Counted from the stretch's first letter, positions 7,855-17,727 are shown. The stretch is 64,000 bases of DNA from Candidatus Nomurabacteria bacterium (GCA_023898605.1 CP060230.1:466444-530443); one strand, 5' to 3'. Notes: generated from the letters alone by a model not told the origin. Translations and numbers: made by a program.

Positions 7855-10242
7855 TTAAGCAAGTTTACCCCAAGAGTCCCCTTCTGAGCTATTTACTACA
7901 ATTGGTATATTGGGATATCCTTCCAAAAATTTCTCTGGTATCGGGTTTGTCATTGCATCTTCTATAACTTTCTTTGCTTTTTCTAAAGATTCTTTTTTTA
8001 CCTCGAAAATAAGTTCGTCGTGTATCTGCAGGATCAAGAAAACATCTTTTTCTAACCCTGACTCTTTGATTTTCTGAGAAACGTTTTTTATAGCTATTTT
8101 GATTATGTCAGCAGATGTTCCTTGTATCGGTGCGTTTATCGCCATCCTTTCTGCCATAGCAACTATGTATGGAATTCTAGATTTTAGTTCCGGAAACCAT
8201 CTACGTCTTCCAAACAAGGTTGTAGTGAAACCATTTTTCTTAGCATAAGTTTTCACTTCTTCTAGATAGTTTTTTATTTCTGGAAACTCTTCAAAATAGT
8301 TGTTATAAAATTCTTCTGCTTCTTTTCTTGTTGTTTTTAGATTTTTTTGAAGAGCGGTTATTCCCATACCATAAAGAATTCCAAAGTTTATAACCTTGGC
8401 CCGTCTTCTCATTTCATAAGTTACGTCCTCTTCTTTTAAGCCAAACATTTTGGAAGCAACAGCGCTGTGAACGTCTTTGCCGCTAGAAAAAACTCCTCCA
8501 AAAAACTCATCTTTTGATAAAAGCGCAGCTATTCGAAGTTCGATTTGTGAATAGTCAAAAGACAAAAAAGTATATCCCTCTGTGGCAACAAAAGCATTTC
8601 TTATATTTTTCCCTAGTTCGCTTTTGATTGGAAGATTCTGCATGTTTGGATCTTGGGAAGAAAACCTACCCGTAGTGGTGCCACACTGATTAAACTTTGC
8701 GTGGACTCTTCCATCTTCTTTTATAAAACTTGGAATTGTGTCTACATATGTCGACAAGAGTTTTTGGAGCTCTCTGTATTCAAATATTTTTTCTATTATA
8801 GGGTGTGAGTCTAATAATTTTTCAAGTTCAGATTCTCTTGTTGATCTTGCCCCACCACTTGTTTTGCTTATTCTTTTTCCAGAAGAAGGAACTAGCCCCA
8901 TCTTGTCGTATATAACTTCGCCAAGTTGCTTTGGTGAGTTTATGTTGAATTCAATGTCAGACAGTTTCCATATTTCCTTTTCTAGTTTATCGAGTTTTTT
9001 GTGGTAATCGACACTTAACTTGGAAAGATACTCTTTGTCTACAAGTATTCCTCTTTCTTCCATGCTTTTGACTATTTTTGTTATAGGGAGCTCTATCTCG
9101 CCCAAAACATATTCTAGTCCTGATTTTTTTATCTCTGATATTATTTCTCTTTCTGCTTCTTTTATGTCGTATACTTTATAGGTTGCGTATATATCTTCTA
9201 GTGTAGGTTTTGTCTTTTGAGAATCTATAAGCCAAAATGCTATCTGTAATTTTTCTAGCAAAATCTCGTCTATATTTATATTTTCTTTTGTAGTTATAAC
9301 TTCTCCATCTTCACCTTTTTGTCCAAAAAGATTATTTACTCTTGTGGTCAAAGACTTGAACTCAAACTCTAGGAAAACTTGTTTTATCTTTTCAAGATCA
9401 AGAGATTCGTCGAAAACCTTGTTTGGAAAAACAAACTTTATCTCCGCATCTTTTCTTATTGTTGCGAGTTCTTTTGAAAAAAATGCTTCTTCTTTTGAGT
9501 CTAGAAGGAGATTTATTATCCTTTCTTTTATTCCAAGTTTATCTAGTGCACTTTTGTCTTTTTCTATTTTTTTATATATAGACTCGAGATCGCCAACTCC
9601 GCTTATTAGAGTTTCTGCTGTTTTTTCTCCTATACCCCTCACTCCAGGGATGTTGTCAGATGGATCTCCACGAAGACCTTTGTAATCTGGAAGTAGTTCT
9701 GGTGAAAAACCAAATCTTTCTTTTACAGCTTTTTCGTCGTACAAAACTGTGTCAGTTATTCCTTTTCTGAGTGTATAAACTTTGACCCTCCCTTTTTCTA
9801 CAAGCTGTAGCGTATCCATGTCACCAGAGGCGATTATTATATCTGTGTCGGATTTCTCTGTTTGTTTGCAAATAGTTCCTATAATATCGTCCGCCTCAAA
9901 TCCAGGTGCTTCATAAATCGGCACACCAAAAGCTGCAAAAATCTTTCTAGAGTCATCTATTTGTCTTATGAGATCTGGTTCGGCCTTACCTCTACCCGCT
10001 TTGTAGTCGTCAAACTTTTCGTGGCGAAATGTGCCGCCAGGAAGATCATATGCGGCAACAATATAGTCAGGAGAAAAATCCTGAATTATTTTGATAAGCA
10101 TGTTTGAGACACCATAAAGAGCTCCGGTTGGAACACCGCTTCTGGTAGAAAAGTCCGGAAGAGCGTGATAAGCCCTATGAATGATTGCATGAGAATCCAG
10201 AACAACCATTGTTTTCCTTTGTTTTTTGGGGGTTTTTGGCAT
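7855..10242 (-). CDS. polA: DNA polymerase I (5'-3' exonuclease + polymerase; shortened central 3'-5' exonuclease-like region)
   Basis: N-terminal FEN/5'-3' exo domain (VLDSHAIIHRAYHA), family A polymerase motifs (DYSQIELRIAA, RRRAKVINFGILYG, QIHDELIFE), 795 aa. Confidence 0.9.
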   Translation of the reverse strand: MPKTPKKQRKTMVVLDSHAIIHRAYHALPDFSTRSGVPTGALYGVSNMLIKIIQDFSPDYIVAAYDLPGGTFRHEKFDDYKAGRGKAEPDLIRQIDDSRKIFAAFGVPIYEAPGFEADDIIGTICKQTEKSDTDIIIASGDMDTLQLVEKGRVKVYTLRKGITDTVLYDEKAVKERFGFSPELLPDYKGLRGDPSDNIPGVRGIGEKTAETLISGVGDLESIYKKIEKDKSALDKLGIKERIINLLLDSKEEAFFSKELATIRKDAEIKFVFPNKVFDESLDLEKIKQVFLEFEFKSLTTRVNNLFGQKGEDGEVITTKENINIDEILLEKLQIAFWLIDSQKTKPTLEDIYATYKVYDIKEAEREIISEIKKSGLEYVLGEIELPITKIVKSMEERGILVDKEYLSKLSVDYHKKLDKLEKEIWKLSDIEFNINSPKQLGEVIYDKMGLVPSSGKRISKTSGGARSTRESELEKLLDSHPIIEKIFEYRELQKLLSTYVDTIPSFIKEDGRVHAKFNQCGTTTGRFSSQDPNMQNLPIKSELGKNIRNAFVATEGYTFLSFDYSQIELRIAALLSKDEFFGGVFSSGKDVHSAVASKMFGLKEEDVTYEMRRRAKVINFGILYGMGITALQKNLKTTRKEAEEFYNNYFEEFPEIKNYLEEVKTYAKKNGFTTTLFGRRRWFPELKSRIPYIVAMAERMAINAPIQGTSADIIKIAIKNVSQKIKESGLEKDVFLILQIHDELIFEVKKESLEKAKKVIEDAMTNPIPEKFLEGYPNIPIVVNSSEGDSWGKLA

Positions 10243-10293
10243 TTCTAAACTACATTATAACCCGCAAAATACCTTTTTGAAACAAAGAAAAAA

Positions 10294-10317
10294 AGCGTTG
10301 CCGAAGCAACGCTTTTG
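10294..10317. terminator. Rho-independent terminator hairpin AGCGTTGC-cgaa-GCAACGCT flanked by A and T runs (bidirectional)
   Basis: Perfect 8-bp GC-rich stem with T-run on both strands, directly downstream of minus-strand gene 10323-10796. Confidence 0.6.
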
Positions 10318-10322
10318 TAATT

Positions 10323-10796
10323 TCAGAGAGAGGAAAGTTCTTCCTTTTTGGCCCTTTCTTGTAGCCTTACAAAAAAATACCACTCTTTAGTCGTCATTTT
10401 TCCTCCATCTCTGGCAAGCATCTCTGTGACTTCTCCGGTAAAAAGAGAGACTTTTAGAAACAGCCACGGCCCCCACTCATTCTCAGGGTTAGGGTGGACC
10501 ACATACAGAAAGTCTGTAGTGGTCTGTGATTCACAGCCTCCAGAAGGAACACTATAAATCATATTCCACGAAGTATCCCCCAAAACAGTGTTATAGTAAT
10601 AAAACTCTGCTGTTGCCTTTCGGTAAAGCATTGCTGCTCCTTCTTTTTGGCAATCAACTGGAAAAATCCAGTTTCCCGTCTTCCTTTGTTCTTTCATACT
10701 CATATCGGGAGAAACCTCTTCAAAAGAGAGTGTTGCCGTCTGCGCATTGGCACAAACAGCAAAAATCATCGCAAAGATGAAAAAAATATTTTTCAT
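10323..10796 (-). CDS. secreted hypothetical protein (signal peptide)
   Basis: N-terminal MKNIFFIFAMIFAVCANAQT signal peptide; Cys and Trp-containing globular domain; no family recognised. Confidence 0.4.
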   Translation of the reverse strand: MKNIFFIFAMIFAVCANAQTATLSFEEVSPDMSMKEQRKTGNWIFPVDCQKEGAAMLYRKATAEFYYYNTVLGDTSWNMIYSVPSGGCESQTTTDFLYVVHPNPENEWGPWLFLKVSLFTGEVTEMLARDGGKMTTKEWYFFVRLQERAKKEELSSL

Positions 10797-10852
10797 GGTT
10801 CGTGTATTTTATTTGCCTATATTATATAACTTTTTAGAAAAAAGTCAAAGGT

Positions 10853-11308
10853 TTATTTGAACACTATTTCCCTTTCGTTTTCACCCTTTATTTCTAGCCT
10901 TATCCATAGTGCACTCTCTGGAAGATGCTCTTTTATAAGTTCTGGCCACTCTATAACAACAAAATTCTTTTCGTTTTTCATAATCTTGCCAAAGTCTAGA
11001 ACCTCTAGGTTTTTTTCTTCTGCGAGTCTATATGCATCCATGTGAACCATGGTGTCTAGTTCATAAGAAGAATTTTTTATCTCATATCTTTTTTGTATAA
11101 CAAATGTCGGTGAGGCGATCTTTTCTTCTATACCAAAAACTTTGCCTATATTTTGAACAAGGGTAGTTTTACCGGCGCCGAGTTCTCCTTCTAGAAGAAG
11201 TATTGTTGCAAAACCATCTATTTTTTTCTCTATAGCTTTTTTTATCAAACTTTCTGCTACAGATTTTATTTCATCTAAACTATATTCCATAGACAAAGTA
11301 TACAACAA
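10853..11308 (-). CDS. tsaE: tRNA threonylcarbamoyladenosine biosynthesis protein TsaE (YjeE)
   Basis: P-loop GELGAGKTTLV, SPTFVI and HMDAYRL motifs characteristic of TsaE. Confidence 0.8.
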   Translation of the reverse strand: MLYTLSMEYSLDEIKSVAESLIKKAIEKKIDGFATILLLEGELGAGKTTLVQNIGKVFGIEEKIASPTFVIQKRYEIKNSSYELDTMVHMDAYRLAEEKNLEVLDFGKIMKNEKNFVVIEWPELIKEHLPESALWIRLEIKGENEREIVFK

Positions 11309-11312
11309 AAAA

Positions 11313-11339
11313 CCAGCCCTTTAGTAGGACTGGTTTTTT
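11313..11339. terminator. Rho-independent terminator (CCAGCCC...GGACTGG stem plus T6)
   Basis: 7-bp stem with one G-U followed by TTTTTT on both orientations, between gene 11353-13599 and tsaE. Confidence 0.5.
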
Positions 11340-11352
11340 GAGTTTGTAGTTA

Positions 11353-13599
11353 TTACATTCTAGCTCCTGGTAGGTTTGTTGGGCCAGAGTTGTTTCTATC
11401 ATTTGAAACTACTACTGGTGCTAGCTTGTCTTCGTCTTTCTTGTAGAAAGTTCTAACAATTATGATTATAGCTAGTATTAGTAGAGCGATAATCAACCAA
11501 CCAATAAGTGTGCTTGGTAGGAAGCTGTTTCCAAAGAGAGCAAATGCTCCTAGTGCGCTTCCACATCTTGATACATCTTGAAGCTCATATGCTATCACGT
11601 CTTCTTGAGCTCTAGTCTCAGAATCTGTAAATGCCATAAGCGCTGTAGTAACTAGTGGTTCTTGTGTTTCTAGTCTGTCAGTCATAGAAAGAGTTATAGT
11701 CATTCTTCCATCTTCACCTCTATCTAGGTTTCCTATTTCGTAGATAATCATGTGATCGTCATTGATATAGTCACCTCTTGAAGTGTCAACAAACTTTACA
11801 CCTTTTTGAAGAGCGATTTGTAGTACAGCGTCGTCTAGATCTCTTCCTGAGATATTTTCCCATTCGATTACATAGTCAACTTCATCTCTGTAACATACAT
11901 CACTTTCGCCTGCTTCGATTGTAAGCATAAGTAGGTTTGAACCGTTGCCATTTCCAGTAGAAACTCCCGCTACAACACCTGTGTTTATAACAACTGGGTT
12001 TGTAACAACTGGACTAGAAACTGTTACAACAGGTAGTCCAAGAGTTCTAAATGTAAGGATGTCTCCACAATCTGTTCCTTCGCCGTTTTTTGCACAAGCT
12101 CTAAAGTAGTAAGTTGTGTTTGGTGCAAGTCCTGTAACTGTGTTCCAGAAAGAAACATCATCGTCATCACCTAGTGTTTGATCAAAAGTAGTAAACGCTA
12201 GTGTTGTAGATGGTCCCCATTCGAAGAATCCGTAGCTAGTTTCTCCACCAGCGTCAACCATAAGACCGTTTAGCTGAGCAGAGTTTGCTGTTATACTTTT
12301 TGCGATTGTTGTTACAACTTGTGGAGCATCATCTCCGCTAGAATATGATGAACCGTTGTTGTCATCTGTTCTGAAGTCTTCGATAGATCCACACTCTTCA
12401 TCTCCATCATCGTCTTCTGCACAGAATCTGTAGTAATAAACTTCGTCACTATCTAGACCAGTTAGAGTTTCCTCTACTGTTTCAGTGTCTCCGTCATTTA
12501 CAGAACAGTCTGCATATTTTGTGTAATCTAGGTCAGAGATACTATCGTCATATCCCCATTCGAACCAACAACTATCGACATCATAGTCTCCGGCATAAAC
12601 CTTTCCTCTAAGATCAGCTCTGTCGTCTTCTATAGAGTTTGCTGATAGAGTGTCTACGTCGAAATCTTGGTTGTCATCTCCACTACCTGATCCGTCGTAT
12701 GAGATGTAAAAGCTCTTGATAGTACCGTAATCAGTACCTGAGCCCGTAGAGGCAACAGCTTGGAAGTAGTAAGTTGTGCCTTCAGAAAGTCCGGTTATTT
12801 CTTTTGAGAAAGAACCTGTAGAGTATTTTGTTGAAGTACTTGTTGTGTTTGTAAGAGAACCTGTAGATGTTCCCCATTTGAAGTAAACACTTGCAGAAGA
12901 AGCCCCTCCTAGGGATGTAAGACTCCCATTTAGAGTTGTATCACTAGAGTCAACACTTGTTGCACTCTCTGTTACAACTTCTGGAGCAGTTGTGCTACCG
13001 CTAACTGTATATTGAACAACAAGAGAACCTTGGTGCGCCCAACCAGTACCGATAGTACCCACGCTTCCACCTGAAGCACTAAACAAATCGTACTCTGAGA
13101 ATGGAAGTGTTGTGTAAGTATCTAGTTGATCAGGATACCACTTTGCAGATCCGGGCTTGTAAACAAGCTTTCCTCCTCCAGAGATATTTACTGTAACTGT
13201 TTGTGATATAGCAGATGCGTTGTCCGCAACCACTGTACCTTTCACAGTAACAGAAGAAGATGTCTCAGAAACTCCACTTGGTGTATCAAGTAGGAATCTA
13301 AGATCGTCTGCAGCTACAGGACCAGTTACGTGGTAGTAGAAAGCAATAGCAATAGTATCGCCATCTTCTGCGCTTGTAACACTAGACCAGTCAGCACAGT
13401 CTGTACAACCACCACCGACAGTAGAGTTTCTAACTGTAACAGTATCGAAATCTGCTGGATCAGTGTTTAGGTATGTCCAAGTAGCGCTAGCTACTCCGGC
13501 TTGTCCAAAAAGGGCCATGATGACCATTGGGACAAAAACGAATTTTTTGATAATTTTTTTCATAAATAAAAATAATAATAAGGCTTCTAATTTCTTCAA
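11353..13599 (-). CDS. large cell-surface protein with three fibronectin-type-III-like repeats, N-terminal signal peptide and C-terminal TM anchor
   Basis: Recurrent GL..xTTYYF(Q/R)A.A.(N/T)G.G(T)D(Y/C)G motif typical of FN3 domains; C-terminal LIGWLIIALLILAIIIIV anchor followed by a basic stretch. Confidence 0.5.
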   Translation of the reverse strand: MKKLEALLLFLFMKKIIKKFVFVPMVIMALFGQAGVASATWTYLNTDPADFDTVTVRNSTVGGGCTDCADWSSVTSAEDGDTIAIAFYYHVTGPVAADDLRFLLDTPSGVSETSSSVTVKGTVVADNASAISQTVTVNISGGGKLVYKPGSAKWYPDQLDTYTTLPFSEYDLFSASGGSVGTIGTGWAHQGSLVVQYTVSGSTTAPEVVTESATSVDSSDTTLNGSLTSLGGASSASVYFKWGTSTGSLTNTTSTSTKYSTGSFSKEITGLSEGTTYYFQAVASTGSGTDYGTIKSFYISYDGSGSGDDNQDFDVDTLSANSIEDDRADLRGKVYAGDYDVDSCWFEWGYDDSISDLDYTKYADCSVNDGDTETVEETLTGLDSDEVYYYRFCAEDDDGDEECGSIEDFRTDDNNGSSYSSGDDAPQVVTTIAKSITANSAQLNGLMVDAGGETSYGFFEWGPSTTLAFTTFDQTLGDDDDVSFWNTVTGLAPNTTYYFRACAKNGEGTDCGDILTFRTLGLPVVTVSSPVVTNPVVINTGVVAGVSTGNGNGSNLLMLTIEAGESDVCYRDEVDYVIEWENISGRDLDDAVLQIALQKGVKFVDTSRGDYINDDHMIIYEIGNLDRGEDGRMTITLSMTDRLETQEPLVTTALMAFTDSETRAQEDVIAYELQDVSRCGSALGAFALFGNSFLPSTLIGWLIIALLILAIIIIVRTFYKKDEDKLAPVVVSNDRNNSGPTNLPGARM

Positions 13600-13731
13600 C
13601 CTATAAGTATATTATACCACTATATTATAGTGGCGTCAATACCCTCTCTTTAAACTTTCTTTTGTCAAAAAAAGCTTAAAAAAGGGTCCCTTCCAGCATA
13701 TCTTGCGACATTCTGGAAGAGACTTTTGGGC

Positions 13732-15627
13732 TCATCTTATTACCCGATTGCTTTGGTTCCTCGGCTGAGTTGCCCAAACCTGCTTTTGCTGGTTTTGGTT
13801 CCTCGGCTGAGTTGCCCAAACCTGCTTTTGCTGTTCCTGGTACCGAGCCGAAGGAAGAGAAGTGGAATAATTATTCCTTTCTCTTGTTTCCTTCATTGTG
13901 GGATCCGGATCGTATGCCTGTCTATCTCGAGTAGAATACTCGGTGTTTGGTACGTATTTAGGCACATAATTATCCCTTGTGGGATTTTCTGTGTTCTCCA
14001 AATTCATCGCCAAGCTTGGATCAACCGTGCGAACACCTGCATCCTGATAAGGAGTGCTGGTGCCCATGGAAGCCAAACCACTACCCAGATACTTTTCGGG
14101 AGAAACTATTGTCACTCCTGATACACCAACACTGGGATTCATTGATGCCATTCCAGACCGGTCAATAAATTGACTGGGTGGAACTACGGTCGGAACCGAT
14201 TCTGTAGAAACCTGATAGCTCGTCTGGTTTGTACCAGGACGACCACCTTGATCCCCTATTGGAATAACGGGGCTGACCGTTGCAACTTCACCACGAGGGG
14301 TAATATTGCCGAACTGAAGACCGGAACTGCTCTCAAACTGGTTTTTACCTGCCAGGTTGTCTTGCTCGACAATCTGTATAGGATGAGCCACAGACTCCTT
14401 ATTGGCTGATTCGTTACGAACCTTGCCAGAAAGATTGCCTGCAAACTGACCAAACCTTCCATTATCATCTGGTATGTTTCCGTCTCCAGTTGATCCAGAA
14501 TCTCCTCCGGATCCACCAGAAACATCTCCAGCATCACCAATATCGTCCGGGATATCAGGATTCCAAACAATAGGATCGTCAGGAACATCAACAACTGTGT
14601 CTCCACCACCGGAACCGCCACCATTGTTGTGCCAGTTCCAATTCCAGTTCCAATGATCACCACCGTTGTAGGTGTAATCATCATCACTGTAATTGTACGT
14701 GTAGTTGTAGGTGTAGTTACCTCCATAGTACGACGGCGTACTGTAGTAAGGACTGCAGTAGTTTCCGTAACCAGAAGGATAACAATTGTTCCACCCATAA
14801 CCCCACGAAGAACCGCATCCGTTCCACCCGTAGCCCCAGCCAAAACTGGAACCAAAGTAGGATGAACATCCGTAGTTCAAGCCGTAGCCTGCCTGGAAAT
14901 ATCCGTTACCGTAGGTAGTAGGATATCCATAACCGTCATAACCACCATAGTAGTTATTGGTTACCTGTTGAGGAAACCCGGTGACAGTTGCACTGGCTGT
15001 AGCGGTAGCTGTAGCCTTGGCATCCCCAGAGGTCGATGTTTTTTCAACTTCCCCGTCGCCAGAAGGCGGTGGGATTGTTGCGAGCTGTCGATCCTCTTTA
15101 AGGAAGGAGTAGTCAGTGTGGTTGGCACAAGATATCTTGTCCAACACCACTGTTACAATCTTACCCGTCTGATCTTTGATATCTACCACAGCAAACGCTG
15201 TAGTTTCATCAAAATCAGGTCTGTCAGAGTAATCAACCAGGCCATTTTTGTAACCGGCGATTTTTGGGTTGTCTGATGGGTCAAGGTAAGCCACGTAGGC
15301 ATTCCTGATCGCATCCAAGACGACGTCCTTTGTGATAACGCCAACACCTACAAGCTTGTGGGTGTTTACCGCCTTTTGGAGATTTTTTTGGATCTCTTCA
15401 AGGTACTTATCGCGAGGTTGACGAATCTTCCAGGTGGTTTTACCCAAAACCTGGTCCTGCCATGCATTAAAAGTAAGTGTCTCGGCAGAAAACGCATATT
15501 GCGAATTCTGCGCGTTGGTCAGCTCTGCCAATCCGAGGCAGAAAAAGACCATAAAGATGAGTTTTTTCATTGTGCAAGTTTTGTTTTTATTCGAGAGGAT
15601 ATTATCACATTTATAGCTTTGTGTCAA
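13732..15627 (-). CDS. secreted protein with N-terminal globular domain, central G/Y/N/W/S low-complexity region and C-terminal 14-aa tandem repeats
   Basis: Signal peptide MKKLIFMVFFCLGLAELTNA; segment GYGWNGCGSSWGYGWNNCY...NYTYNYTYNY...WNWNWNWH; C-terminal QQKQVWATQPRNQ(N/S) x2. Confidence 0.5.
   Translation of the reverse strand: MTQSYKCDNILSNKNKTCTMKKLIFMVFFCLGLAELTNAQNSQYAFSAETLTFNAWQDQVLGKTTWKIRQPRDKYLEEIQKNLQKAVNTHKLVGVGVITKDVVLDAIRNAYVAYLDPSDNPKIAGYKNGLVDYSDRPDFDETTAFAVVDIKDQTGKIVTVVLDKISCANHTDYSFLKEDRQLATIPPPSGDGEVEKTSTSGDAKATATATASATVTGFPQQVTNNYYGGYDGYGYPTTYGNGYFQAGYGLNYGCSSYFGSSFGWGYGWNGCGSSWGYGWNNCYPSGYGNYCSPYYSTPSYYGGNYTYNYTYNYSDDDYTYNGGDHWNWNWNWHNNGGGSGGGDTVVDVPDDPIVWNPDIPDDIGDAGDVSGGSGGDSGSTGDGNIPDDNGRFGQFAGNLSGKVRNESANKESVAHPIQIVEQDNLAGKNQFESSSGLQFGNITPRGEVATVSPVIPIGDQGGRPGTNQTSYQVSTESVPTVVPPSQFIDRSGMASMNPSVGVSGVTIVSPEKYLGSGLASMGTSTPYQDAGVRTVDPSLAMNLENTENPTRDNYVPKYVPNTEYSTRDRQAYDPDPTMKETRERNNYSTSLPSARYQEQQKQVWATQPRNQNQQKQVWATQPRNQSNRVIR
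13754..13837. repeat. perfect 42-bp direct tandem repeat (2 copies) inside the 3' end of CDS 13732-15627 (encodes QQKQVWATQPRNQ x2)
   Basis: tggttcctcggctgagttgcccaaacctgcttttgc occurs at 13754 and again at 13796. Confidence 0.8.
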
Positions 15628-15698
15628 GGAGAGTGGTATCCCCTATCACACCAAGTAAAAAGCCCTAAAAACAAGGCTTTTTGTGATAAAATAAACCC

Positions 15699-17399
15699 AT
15701 GCCACTTGGTGATAGTGATATACAACTCAAAAAACTAAATGACTTAAAAAAAGAAGAAGAAGAGGATCTTGTGAAGGTCTTGGCCGAGGCCAAGTACAAT
15801 CTTCCCTATATGAATTTGAGAGAAGTTGTTGTAGACAACGCAGCACTTCGTTTTGTTGATGAAAAAGAAGCAAAAGAGTCTGGCGTTGCTCCTTTTAAAC
15901 TAATAGGAAAAAATATTTATCTAGGTGTTCTGTCTCCAAACAATGAAAACATCTCAAAAATAGTTGAATCAATCGAAAGAAAAAACTACACAGTTTATCT
16001 ATACATGATTAGTCACGCCTCTGCAGAAAAAGTTTGGGAAAGATACAAAGAACTTTCTATTTCCAAAGAAACTCGAGGTGGAAGTTTAGACATATCTGGA
16101 GAAACCCTACTCTCATACAGAGAAAGAATTTCTTCTGTTTCAGATATACCAAAAATCCTAGAGGAAGCATCCAAAGACAAGCTTCACAAGGTTTCTCTTA
16201 TTTTGGAAATAATTCTTGGTGGAGCAATCGCGACAAATGCTTCTGACATACACATAGAACCAGAAGAAGAAATGGTAAAGATAAGATACAGACTAGACGG
16301 TGCACTAAACGATATACACTACATAAGCCATGATATATACAAGCTTCTAAACTCTAGAATCAAACTTCTTTCTGGAGTAAAGCTAACACTCAAATCAATC
16401 GCCCAAGACGGAAGATTTAGTATAAACATCGAAGAGAAAGAAATAAATATAAGAACCTCTATAATCCCCGGAGCATATGGAGAATCTATTGTTATGAGAC
16501 TTCTTGACCCAGACACAATCAAAACAAAACTAGAGGACCTCGGAATAGACAAAAGATTGTTCACTATAATCGAGAAAGAAATCGCAAAACCAAACGGACT
16601 AATACTCTTAACTGGTCCAACTGGTTCTGGTAAAACAACAACACTATACGCGTTCTTGCAGAGAATATACTCTCCTGAGAAAAAAATAATAACAATAGAA
16701 GACCCTATCGAGTATCACTTGCGTGGAATAACACAAACACAAGTAGACAATAAAAAAGGTTATACGTTTCTAGAGGGACTTCGAAGTTCGCTTAGACAAG
16801 ACCCAGACATAATCATGGTTGGTGAGATAAGAGATGCCGAGACTGCAAAAATAGCAGTAGAGTCTTCTCTTACTGGGCACCTTGTTTTCTCAACACTACA
16901 CACAAACAACGCTGCTGGTGTTGTACCTAGACTTATTGATCTTGAGGTAAACCCAAAAACAATCCCGTCTTCTCTAAACCTATCTATCGCCCAAAGACTT
17001 GTAAGAAAGCTTTGTGAAAACTGCAAGAAAGAAGTTTCTCTAGACGAAGAAAAAGAAAACCTGGTTAGAGGAATAATAAAAGACGGTATATCAGAAGGAA
17101 AAAACTTTTCTGACTATGGAATAAATGAAAATATGGAAATAAAGGTTTACCAACCTGTTGGTTGTGATAAATGCAGTGGCATAGGCTACAAAGGTAGAAT
17201 TGGTATTTTTGAAGCCATGTATATGGGAGACCCTGAACTAGAAAAAATAATCCCAAACAACCCAAGCGAGAGAGAAATAAAAGAAATATCTGATAAACAA
17301 GGCTTATTGGACATGAAAGAAGACGGGATAATAAAGGTTCTTCTTGGGGTAACTAGTTTTGAAGAGGTGGCAGAAACAGTTGATTTGTATAAGGATTAA
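15699..17399 (+). CDS. pilB: type IV pilus assembly / type II secretion ATPase (PilB/GspE family)
   Basis: Walker A GPTGSGKTTT, Asp box, Walker B and His box (GEIRD...STLHTNNAAG), tetracysteine motif CENC...CDKC, 566 aa. Confidence 0.85.
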   Translation: MPLGDSDIQLKKLNDLKKEEEEDLVKVLAEAKYNLPYMNLREVVVDNAALRFVDEKEAKESGVAPFKLIGKNIYLGVLSPNNENISKIVESIERKNYTVYLYMISHASAEKVWERYKELSISKETRGGSLDISGETLLSYRERISSVSDIPKILEEASKDKLHKVSLILEIILGGAIATNASDIHIEPEEEMVKIRYRLDGALNDIHYISHDIYKLLNSRIKLLSGVKLTLKSIAQDGRFSINIEEKEINIRTSIIPGAYGESIVMRLLDPDTIKTKLEDLGIDKRLFTIIEKEIAKPNGLILLTGPTGSGKTTTLYAFLQRIYSPEKKIITIEDPIEYHLRGITQTQVDNKKGYTFLEGLRSSLRQDPDIIMVGEIRDAETAKIAVESSLTGHLVFSTLHTNNAAGVVPRLIDLEVNPKTIPSSLNLSIAQRLVRKLCENCKKEVSLDEEKENLVRGIIKDGISEGKNFSDYGINENMEIKVYQPVGCDKCSGIGYKGRIGIFEAMYMGDPELEKIIPNNPSEREIKEISDKQGLLDMKEDGIIKVLLGVTSFEEVAETVDLYKD

Positions 17400-17401
17400 G
17401 A

Positions 17402-17436
17402 CTTGACAAGAATCATTCTATTTGCTATACTGTGTA
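17402..17436 (+). promoter_or_regulatory. sigma-70-like promoter TTGACA-17 nt-TATACT
   Basis: Consensus -35 TTGACA at 17402-17407, 17-nt spacer, -10 TATACT; just downstream of the pilB stop. Confidence 0.4.
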
Positions 17437-17518
17437 AGTAAATAAATATTTTGTTGTTTTCCACAAGAATATTGGTTTCTCCACAGAGATTCCACAAACA
17501 TATAAACTTTTAGATTTT

Positions 17519-17548
17519 GTCAATTATTTGACAAGATTTTATACTTAT
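17519..17548 (+). promoter_or_regulatory. second sigma-70-like promoter TTGTCA-17 nt-TATACT
   Basis: Read directly; would initiate near 17556, at the 5' arm of the long inverted repeat. Confidence 0.35.
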
Positions 17549-17555
17549 ATGGCTT

Positions 17556-17727
17556 TTATTTTTTGAAGAGATCGTAAATCTCTAAGCAATCAGGCCTTGC
17601 CTCTACAGTTTCAAGGAGGACGTCTTGGTGAGAATTAATTTTCTTTCCTGGGACTATCCTTTGAGACACTGTTACTTAGTTTCGCAGAAGCAGATTAAGG
17701 ATTGTTTAGAGATTTACGGTTTTTTCT
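17556..17727 (+). ncRNA. candidate structured small RNA (about 170 nt) whose 5' and 3' ends form a roughly 22-bp closing stem followed by a U-run; 6S-RNA-like architecture, identity unconfirmed
   Basis: gatcgtaaatctctaagcaatc (17571-17594) pairs with gattgtttagagatttacgg (17697-17720) followed by ttttttcttttt; preceded by two consensus promoters; no ORF. Confidence 0.3.

Noticed and set aside
13754-13837. Tandem 42-bp repeat considered as a CRISPR array or other non-coding repeat
   Set aside because: Only two perfectly adjacent copies with no spacers; the period is a multiple of 3 and it sits in-frame inside a long ORF, producing a 14-aa peptide repeat; no cas genes present
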